From an uncultured virus (IMG/VR IMGVR_UViG_2822699256_000006) (Duplodnaviria; Heunggongvirae; Uroviricota; Caudoviricetes): a stretch of DNA of 44,279 bases. How positions within the stretch are numbered: the first letter of the stretch is position 1; each line of letters begins with the position of its first letter. This document shows, piece after piece, positions 37,327-44,279 of the stretch. The notes under the pieces are model-generated. The model ran no database searches. It was not told the DNA's origin and worked only from the letters and a program-made list of their open reading frames with translations. The position numbers and the translations under genes were made by a program. The stretch lies in IMG/VR virus record IMGVR_UViG_2822699256_000006, one strand, 5' to 3'.

Positions 37327-38091
37327 TTAAAATCCGCTTGCAAGCGTATCGCCAGAAGCGACATTACCAGAAGCTCCACCTTCTTGGCGAAGATTATCTT
37401 TCGCTTGAACACCTTTAAGTTTACGAGCAACGAAAGAATAAGCTTTTGCAGTAATTACGTCATCCACTGAGAATCCAGATGCTTCATTTAACAATTGAAT
37501 TCCGTAGAGTTCCATACCTGCACGTTGTCCGTATTCGTTCGCCATAGAAATCGTAATATTGAAAGGCATTAACTGATCGGCATACTCTGGAACGAAGAAG
37601 TCTGTTAAATTGTCTGTGTTGAATCCGCCGCTTTGAGAACCATCTGTACGAGCGTATCCTAAACGAGTCATTTGTTCATCCCAAGTATTAATACCATATG
37701 TATTTGCACCGTTTGGAGATATAGATTTCAATCCGCTTAGAATTTCATCTTCAAGACCCATTCGTCCAGAACGAGCGCCTTGTCCATTTACGTTCGCAAT
37801 ATATTGTTGGAAACGCATAGGAGATGGAGCGCCTTTGTATTCTTTTTTCATCTCTTCAAGTAATGCATCTCGATCAAATTGAACAAAGACTAAAGAGCCT
37901 TGAATGCCACGTTTACCACGAGAGAAAGAACGAGCATCTGGGCTACCCATTGTATAAACAGGTGCAACTTCACGTGCAACTGAATAAGAAATCGCCTGTA
38001 ATTCTCCAATTACACGACCATTAAATGTTGCTGCAATATCCGCACCAGAAAATGTAGAAAAGGTACGAGTGTATTCTTCTTGATTAAACAT
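37327..38091 (-). CDS. Major tail tube protein
   Basis: Directly follows the sheath; TFSGADI...IGELQAISYSVARE..PVYTMG...RGKRGIQGSL; followed by a terminator. Confidence 0.75.
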   Translation of the reverse strand: MFNQEEYTRTFSTFSGADIAATFNGRVIGELQAISYSVAREVAPVYTMGSPDARSFSRGKRGIQGSLVFVQFDRDALLEEMKKEYKGAPSPMRFQQYIANVNGQGARSGRMGLEDEILSGLKSISPNGANTYGINTWDEQMTRLGYARTDGSQSGGFNTDNLTDFFVPEYADQLMPFNITISMANEYGQRAGMELYGIQLLNEASGFSVDDVITAKAYSFVARKLKGVQAKDNLRQEGGASGNVASGDTLASGF

Positions 38092-38130
38092 AACTATTTC
38101 ACCCCTTGTGAAATTTATTTATTATACACA

Positions 38131-38155
38131 TGCAAAGGGTTACTCACCCCTTGCA
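38131..38155 (-). promoter_or_regulatory. Stem-loop between the sheath and tube genes
   Basis: TGCAAGGGGT-GAGTA-ACCCTTTGCA without a U-tract, followed by TATAAT. Confidence 0.4.
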
Positions 38156-38163
38156 CGTTACTC

Positions 38164-41085
38164 TTATAAGCTTGCACGCAATGCTACGCTAGTGTAGATT
38201 TTACGTGTTTCGTATGCAGGAACTAATTCAAGTTGAATATATGCGTTACCTAACACACGGTCTTTAGCTGAAGTGTAGATAGAGAATTTGAAGTTTGTTA
38301 ATACTCCAAGATCTTTTAGCTTATCTAAACCAGCTTGTATTTCTGTTGCTAAACTATTGCGTTGAGCAATACCATTTGGCAGACCGATAAATTTATCTGC
38401 TAGTTTACGAATTAATTGAACAGTAGTATGAGTGATACGTACTGTAGATAAACGTTGATAGTCACTCATTACTCCGGCAGCCGTCACACCATCTTTTACA
38501 ACAATAGAACGATTACCATTGATGCTCACTTTGTTTTCAAATGTAACGTAATGCCCACCAGCTAATTGGTTATGTTGAGCTTCAGATAAGTTATATCGTA
38601 GCCCTGACACAGCAATAGGTTTATTTGTAGTAGAAACTTCTGGTCGCAATTGTGAAATTAACGCTGAATAAATACCAGAACCACTTGCGATATATGGGCC
38701 AAGTTTTTCATTGGCTAGTCCAGTTTCAGGACCGAATACAACGTTAGTGTATCGACCGATATCGATTGGCTCTCCCTCGTCGTTAAAGATTTGTTCATTT
38801 GTTGCAAGGTTATACATGTTGTGAATGTTTTGGTAGTTAGGATTAATACCACGAGAAATCCAATACTGAGCAGATTCTTCATCAACACTGATACCTTTTG
38901 TTAACAGATCAATATATTGTTGAATTTCACGTAAACCAATTTCAGGAGCAGCTGCTACGCCAATTACACTAATTGTTTCAAATGTTTTCGCACTAACCAT
39001 TGCACAATGTTGCGCTAATTGAGTTGCGAAGTTTCGTGTATTATCAACATGAACTGAGCCATCATCAGATACAGCACCAATTGCCGTATTAGCAAATGCA
39101 TCGCAAAGCCAGATAAGATCAACTGAATAGTTTTCTAGTTTGCTATAAATACCTTGTTCTACTAAATCATATTCATCCAAAGTACCTGGAACTAGTTCAT
39201 ATCTGCCGCCAAGAACATCATATAATTCTTTCATTTCTAGCAAGCTTGCTGTGTTATAGAATCCATTACCACCTAACCATGGGAAGCGGCTTTCATCATT
39301 TTCAGCTTTGTCGTCATCAACAAATAATGTATATTTAAGCTCTTCATCACTATATTTTTCACCAAGATTAATTGGACGATAATCATATCGGCCATCAATT
39401 GGACTAACTGTATAGTCAGTTACCATTAATCCTGTTACAGCAACATCACCAGTATTTACAGGGACTTCTAATCGAACAATATTATTTTGCGGTAAGCTAT
39501 TTACATAGTTCGCAAATTCACGAATTGTACGAATACCACGCATTTCTTTTGTTCTAAAGCGGATTTCAGTATCATTTGATGTTAATTTTTTATCAGAAGG
39601 TTTAATGAAACGCACTACACGATTATCCATATCAAGAGTTCCATTTTCATTTACTTCATATTCAACAGTAAATTTAACACCATATAAGCTTTCAAAATCA
39701 CGATAGTCTTGAATGCCACCATAAACTTTACCGCCATTTTTACCTAATACAGTGATTTTGGCTCCCTGAGTCGCACCTTCACCAGTCTTATAATGTGCAA
39801 ATAATTTAGCACCAACAGGACCAACGCCAGACTTAATCATTACTTTAATTCTGTCTTTTCCATCAGGATAAATAACAGTGTAATGCTCAGTAGCTTTTAA
39901 AGAAACACGTTTACCATTTAACTCGTAATACACTTCAAGAGAGTCTGTTACAGGTGTATATTTAAGTAAAGTTTCTTTTTCAGAACCTGGAATTACATAT
40001 TCTTCTGACTTTTGAATTTCTAAGTCATTGTAATAGAAATAGTCTGCTGATACAGTTAACGCTGCTGTTAATGCAGGATATGTACCTTTTGCAACTTCTT
40101 GTTGATATGCTTCAGTAAAGCGTATACCACCTTGCTTATACTCTTCTGCAGTAATCATATCAGTAAGTTCATTTTTCACATTAGGATCACCTTTACCGAT
40201 ACGCCATAAACGTTCACCTGATGCATTTACCATAGGAATTGCATTAACAGCTCCAAGTGTGTCCTTTGTATAGATATTTACTTGGTGAACAGGATCATCT
40301 GACCAGTTTCCTACTTCTGATGAGAAGTAATTAGTCATAGTAGGACTTTGTGTTAATAAGCCTAATGTAGATGGGTCTGTCTTTCCATCCATATTACGAG
40401 TAACTTCTGAATAATTACGTTTCTTCGCTTTGAAAGTCACTTTAATTGTATTTTTAGGACGGAACTTATCCTTTGCAAAGTAAATCGTTTCAGATCCAGG
40501 TGTTATATCTACATTTTGATAGCCAGTTGATTCTGGGAAAATTTTAACTGGTTCTCCTGAAGTGTCACTTCCTTCAAACTCCTCAACCTTTTCGATTTTT
40601 ACAAGACGATGATCTTTTTCGATATTTAAGCGCTTTGTAAAAGCAACGTTACCTGGAATTAAGTTACTACCTAGTAAATCTGATAAAGGTTCAGTAACTT
40701 CACTATTTGCATCTTTAGCAAGAATTTCAGACATAGCTGTTTTACCAGAAATACGAAGTAATCTAATATCTTCATTCCCTGCTCGAATTGCTTCCCACAT
40801 CGCACGAATTAATGTACCTTGATGAGGAACACGGGCAGTTTTTTCTACACCGTTTTCAATAATAACTCTTCGTTCTAATAAGCCGCCGAACATTTTTTCA
40901 GCAACTTTTGGTCCACCAATTTGGTTAACGGATACAGGCTCTCCTACTGGTCCATCAATAGCAGTACCCATTATTAAAAGCGCTTGTGTTCTAGCATCTT
41001 CAGTTTGTTTACCAGTATAGAGATTCCCATCTTCATAAGAAACCTTTACACCAGGTAAATTTTCATACTGTTCAAATGTTGACAT
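38164..41085 (-). CDS. Contractile tail sheath protein (973 aa, with inserted beta domains)
   Basis: N-terminal LPGVKV...LLIMGTAIDGPVGEPV; C-terminal VKDGVT...YQRLSTVRI...FIGLPN...ELVPAYETRKI, typical sheath termini. Confidence 0.9.
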   Translation of the reverse strand: MSTFEQYENLPGVKVSYEDGNLYTGKQTEDARTQALLIMGTAIDGPVGEPVSVNQIGGPKVAEKMFGGLLERRVIIENGVEKTARVPHQGTLIRAMWEAIRAGNEDIRLLRISGKTAMSEILAKDANSEVTEPLSDLLGSNLIPGNVAFTKRLNIEKDHRLVKIEKVEEFEGSDTSGEPVKIFPESTGYQNVDITPGSETIYFAKDKFRPKNTIKVTFKAKKRNYSEVTRNMDGKTDPSTLGLLTQSPTMTNYFSSEVGNWSDDPVHQVNIYTKDTLGAVNAIPMVNASGERLWRIGKGDPNVKNELTDMITAEEYKQGGIRFTEAYQQEVAKGTYPALTAALTVSADYFYYNDLEIQKSEEYVIPGSEKETLLKYTPVTDSLEVYYELNGKRVSLKATEHYTVIYPDGKDRIKVMIKSGVGPVGAKLFAHYKTGEGATQGAKITVLGKNGGKVYGGIQDYRDFESLYGVKFTVEYEVNENGTLDMDNRVVRFIKPSDKKLTSNDTEIRFRTKEMRGIRTIREFANYVNSLPQNNIVRLEVPVNTGDVAVTGLMVTDYTVSPIDGRYDYRPINLGEKYSDEELKYTLFVDDDKAENDESRFPWLGGNGFYNTASLLEMKELYDVLGGRYELVPGTLDEYDLVEQGIYSKLENYSVDLIWLCDAFANTAIGAVSDDGSVHVDNTRNFATQLAQHCAMVSAKTFETISVIGVAAAPEIGLREIQQYIDLLTKGISVDEESAQYWISRGINPNYQNIHNMYNLATNEQIFNDEGEPIDIGRYTNVVFGPETGLANEKLGPYIASGSGIYSALISQLRPEVSTTNKPIAVSGLRYNLSEAQHNQLAGGHYVTFENKVSINGNRSIVVKDGVTAAGVMSDYQRLSTVRITHTTVQLIRKLADKFIGLPNGIAQRNSLATEIQAGLDKLKDLGVLTNFKFSIYTSAKDRVLGNAYIQLELVPAYETRKIYTSVALRASL

Positions 41086-41116
41086 TAGGATTCCTCCTTT
41101 AAAGTTAATCTCTTAA

Positions 41117-41803
41117 TTAAAGAGAATTATTAATTGTTGAAGCAACTTGCACTTGTCGAATTTCATTAAGAAATTTAATAGTTATTTTTTCAAATCGCAT
41201 CTTATAGTACATAGGTCTTTTCGCTATATTGATCCTCTGAGTTTGTATTACTTCATCAGCCCCTTGTGAATTAAATAGAATCTCTTGGACTCCATTCTTC
41301 TTAAAGTGACCTGTATAATTTTGAATAAACTCTTCAAGATCTAATATCATTTCGTCGGCTTCTTCAGCACTTTCTGAATAGACCACAAACTCAACAGCTA
41401 AATCAAAGACTTGTCCATATAATTCGACATATTCACCATCTCGATAAGGATGCCGAATAGTCCCTCTATACCTTGGCTTAATATCTTTAATATCCTGATT
41501 AATTTTTCTTTCTACGACCCTATATGTAATACGTGGAAATGCTGCATCCTCTTTAATAGGTGAATAGCGAATAAATTCTCCAGGTAATCCAGCCTCTTTC
41601 CAAAGCCTTTGCAAATCATCAACAAAGCTCAAAAAAGTAATAGGCTTATCAGATCTTAGCCGGTTATCTATATAGGGATCTTCATGTAAAGTAAGCTCTT
41701 CCAGTTTTTTGAGCGAATCTTCATAAGCTTCTATTTCACTTTTTATATGATCTGGCATATCTTGTGTTTTTTTTATAACGGAATATACATCCGGATTACT
41801 CAA
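41117..41803 (-). CDS. Tail terminator/completion-like protein
   Basis: Immediately upstream of the sheath; PRITYRV...VEFVVYSESAEEADEM pattern; TTG start with AAGGGGG. Confidence 0.55.
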   Translation of the reverse strand: MSNPDVYSVIKKTQDMPDHIKSEIEAYEDSLKKLEELTLHEDPYIDNRLRSDKPITFLSFVDDLQRLWKEAGLPGEFIRYSPIKEDAAFPRITYRVVERKINQDIKDIKPRYRGTIRHPYRDGEYVELYGQVFDLAVEFVVYSESAEEADEMILDLEEFIQNYTGHFKKNGVQEILFNSQGADEVIQTQRINIAKRPMYYKMRFEKITIKFLNEIRQVQVASTINNSL

Positions 41804-41819
41804 GAATCATTCCCCCTTT

Positions 41820-42872
41820 TTATTTGTAAACTCGAACAACTGAATGTCCTGTTATTTTATGAATAGAAAAGATAGGAACGACTTCGATATTTATCTCGAT
41901 AATGCCGTATAGTTCACTAATTTTTATAGAATAATCATACTCTCTGATCTTTTTATCTATAATCCTTCTTAGGCATAGCGCTTCAATAATATCTTCTATA
42001 TTAGATGCTTGAAATGTTACATTCGGCTTTCCGATAAATATCTCTAATCTTCTAGCAATTTCATTTATTATTTCTTGAGCGATTCTAAAATTGGAGATAT
42101 GTTTATGTACACTACCCACTGTACTTACAGCGCAACCTGATGAAGTACAGACAATACCTTTTTGAAAGGTATTTTTAAAACACACTACCCCTACTTCTCT
42201 TAATTTAAGAATTTGTTCTTTTGTGAACTCAATTTCTAAATCTATATTAGGAATAGTTTTATTGATCGGACTTACTTCAGGATTCATAGATGCTAAGATT
42301 CCAGCATAAACGGCACCAGCCTTTTTTAAACTCATTTGATTTACAACTACTGATAAGTACTTCCCTGTTTCTTCTAATTCATCACCAGAAAGTTCTATAG
42401 TTAAATCAGAGATTCTTTTAAATAATGGCTCTATATCTACGAAACTACTTTTAGATGATAAAGATAAAATACAGTGAATAAGATTACCCTTATCTTCTTT
42501 TATCTTTGCAAATTCAATATAGCTATCTATTAAATCGTGATGCCTATCAAAATGCACTTCATCAAGATATAGTAAGTCAAAATCAAATGATTCTAAAACA
42601 GTGAATGCTATATCATACCGATTAGGCTCGATTCTCATAAGAAAAACACATAAATCCTCATCCATAGTAATGGCATCTTCATAACATTGAATAATCGGAC
42701 CTGATTTATAGAAATCTACAACCATATCCTTGTTATAAACAAGACTTGGTTCATAGTATTGTCCCTTTTCAGATTCAGCAACAATGATTAATCGCTTACC
42801 TATTTCAATTTGTCTTTCTACATAAACTAATGGATGTTGTATAAAATCAACGCTTGGTGAGGGCCCTATCAT
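41820..42872 (-). CDS. Second, minimal sheath-like protein
   Basis: SPINKTI...LREVGVVCF...HISNFRI...FIGKPN...IEVVPIFSIHKI aligns by eye to the C-terminal core of the 973-aa sheath. Start moved from 42956 to ATG 42872 (AAGGGGG RBS). Confidence 0.7.
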   Translation of the reverse strand: MIGPSPSVDFIQHPLVYVERQIEIGKRLIIVAESEKGQYYEPSLVYNKDMVVDFYKSGPIIQCYEDAITMDEDLCVFLMRIEPNRYDIAFTVLESFDFDLLYLDEVHFDRHHDLIDSYIEFAKIKEDKGNLIHCILSLSSKSSFVDIEPLFKRISDLTIELSGDELEETGKYLSVVVNQMSLKKAGAVYAGILASMNPEVSPINKTIPNIDLEIEFTKEQILKLREVGVVCFKNTFQKGIVCTSSGCAVSTVGSVHKHISNFRIAQEIINEIARRLEIFIGKPNVTFQASNIEDIIEALCLRRIIDKKIREYDYSIKISELYGIIEINIEVVPIFSIHKITGHSVVRVYK

Positions 42873-43332
42873 CTCGATCCCCCTTAAAGTCATATCGACT
42901 ATATACTTGATAAAATTCTGTTCTCCCTTGTAGTCCATACTTAGGCTCAACAGCACTAATTAATAGCTTTTCTTTTATCTTGATTGGCATTTCTTTTTCA
43001 TTCCAAATAACTTCTAATATTAAGTCGTTTTTTTCTGGTTTAGATAAATAATCTAGATAATAAGTGTAGGCTTTAGGAGCAAACGCACCATATGGCTGCA
43101 ATTGATTTACACCAATCAAAGTCTCAGGAATAGAAGCTTCCTTCCTTCGTGTTAGCTTTTTTTCAATTTTTACTTCATAACCAGTACCAAAGCACTTAGA
43201 ACAGTTTGTATTAGGTTCACCGCTTCGTTCTATATAGCATTCACATCGAAAATGAGTATTTCTTCTAACATAAACAATTGAATGACCATACTTATCAAGG
43301 ACTTGTGCGAATTCTTTCCGAATATCAATCAT
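42847..43332 (-). CDS. Neck/head-closure-like protein with Cys motif
   Basis: CEC...CSKCFGTGY putative zinc site, PEKNDLILEV, GRTEFY; neck-gene position. Confidence 0.55.
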   Translation of the reverse strand: MIDIRKEFAQVLDKYGHSIVYVRRNTHFRCECYIERSGEPNTNCSKCFGTGYEVKIEKKLTRRKEASIPETLIGVNQLQPYGAFAPKAYTYYLDYLSKPEKNDLILEVIWNEKEMPIKIKEKLLISAVEPKYGLQGRTEFYQVYSRYDFKGDRDDRALTKR

Positions 43333-44279
43333 TAGAATCCTCGCCCTTCTGGTGAACCGGCTGCTGTTCTAAATGACCCAGAAACAGGTTTTGCATAACC
43401 ACGCTTATTATGACCCATCATTGAATCTAACCAGAACTTAATTTCCTTTTCATTTTCAGAAATCATGGTCTGTAGCTTTTTAAGAGGAGATTCTTCTTTA
43501 ACACCCGAGTTACCACCTGACCCATTCGATGAACTAGATTTATCTTGCACCATAAAGTCACCTAATTGAATAGTTCCACCAGATGTACTTTTAGTGATTG
43601 ATCCAACACCATCATCTTGATCTTCTGAATCGTTTAAAATACGAACCATTAATCCAGTCAATAATAACCTTGATGCTTCAAATGCCACATATTTTGTTGT
43701 AGCAAAGTATGCCGTATCTCGTTCTTTTAAAGCACGATAACGACTATTATTGGCATCTGGAATCTTCCCTAGATATTGCAAAGCTTTTTGCCCTGCATCT
43801 CTTAAAGCACTGTATACTTCATGAGAAGAAAAGTATTTAAATAAACTACGAATAATATTTTTTACTTCTAAAGGAGTTGCAAATATAGGCTCATACTTAG
43901 AAGTGAAAGTTGAAATTTTCATTCCACCTAAAGAAGATCCGGAGACTGATTTAATTCCATCTCCAAAGACAACTTGATATGTATGATTATATTTAGGCGC
44001 TTCTTTAAATGTAATTTCTACCTTATCCCCTTCAACAGATATATCACTAGGCACCTGAAATTCAGGAGATAAGACATAATCATCTCCATCGGAAACGACT
44101 ATACTATTAGGCATTTCATTATCAGATTGAGAACTTGATTTAAGTGAAATATCAAATCCAGAAACTGAATCTGATACAACCGTAAACTGTTCTTTTTTCG
44201 TATACGTTTTCCCTTTGATAATGGTCTGATATGTAAAAATATACTCTCCACTATCCCAATTTATAGTAAACTCACTACT
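43332..44279 (-). CDS. Partial neck/adaptor-like protein with Ig-like (Big_5-type) domain
   Basis: The frame has no stop from 44114 to the window end, so the gene starts upstream. VEITFKEAPKYNHTYQVVFGDGIKSVSG is Ig-like, followed by a helical adaptor-like region. Confidence 0.55.
   Translation of the reverse strand, partial: SSEFTINWDSGEYIFTYQTIIKGKTYTKKEQFTVVSDSVSGFDISLKSSSQSDNEMPNSIVVSDGDDYVLSPEFQVPSDISVEGDKVEITFKEAPKYNHTYQVVFGDGIKSVSGSSLGGMKISTFTSKYEPIFATPLEVKNIIRSLFKYFSSHEVYSALRDAGQKALQYLGKIPDANNSRYRALKERDTAYFATTKYVAFEASRLLLTGLMVRILNDSEDQDDGVGSITKSTSGGTIQLGDFMVQDKSSSSNGSGGNSGVKEESPLKKLQTMISENEKEIKFWLDSMMGHNKRGYAKPVSGSFRTAAGSPEGRGF

Larger units (their letters stand above)
1..44279 (-). 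mobile_element. Tail morphogenesis module of a large myovirus-type phage/prophage of a Bacillus-like host
   Basis: Uniform strand; neck-sheath-tube-chaperone-giant proteins-hub-spike-wedge-fibre gene order; strong Shine-Dalgarno sites. Confidence 0.9.

Noticed and set aside
2934..38024. All short plus-strand ORFs in the track
   Set aside because: They are antisense shadows of long minus-strand genes; the Pro- or His-rich ones are simply the reverse complement of Gly codon runs.
42873..42956. Long overlap between the neck gene and the sheath-like gene
   Set aside because: Artefact of start choice; an ATG at 42872 with a strong RBS leaves only a 26-bp overlap.
1..44279. Headless tailocin/eCIS rather than a phage
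   Set aside because: Not excluded, since no capsid genes lie in the window, but neck/adaptor-like genes and an RNAP-like cargo argue for a DNA-containing virion. Sequence beyond 44279 would decide.

Overview
AT-rich, gene-dense window, with all credible genes on the minus strand and Bacillus/Firmicutes-type ribosome-binding sites. It is the neck-tail-baseplate-fibre module of a large contractile-tailed (myovirus-type) phage or prophage-like element. In transcription order (right to left): a partial Ig-domain/adaptor-like neck protein, a Cys-motif neck protein, a minimal sheath-like protein, a terminator-like protein, a 973-aa tail sheath, three tube-fold paralogues, two tail-chaperone paralogues, three giant proteins (2009, 2314, 2139 aa), spike-OB/gp25-like/baseplate-J-like proteins, a cluster of modular fibre/adhesin genes (FN3, Gly-rich, discoidin and propeller-like domains) and a permuted papain-like enzyme. 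The main surprise is the 2314-aa protein at the tape-measure position. It carries, in the correct order, motifs resembling both the beta and beta' catalytic barrels of two-barrel RNA polymerases (including RYPTFH and NADSDGD), an intact N-terminal DEDDh 3'-5' exonuclease motif set, and a C-terminal hydrophobic helix. It is a candidate tail-packaged, ejected single-chain RNA polymerase-exonuclease fusion. Its neighbours carry a degenerate staphylococcal-nuclease-like domain (2009 aa) and a hub fused to cell-wall hydrolase domains (2139 aa). All assignments come from motif recognition by eye; no searches were run. No capsid, portal, terminase or integrase genes lie within the window.
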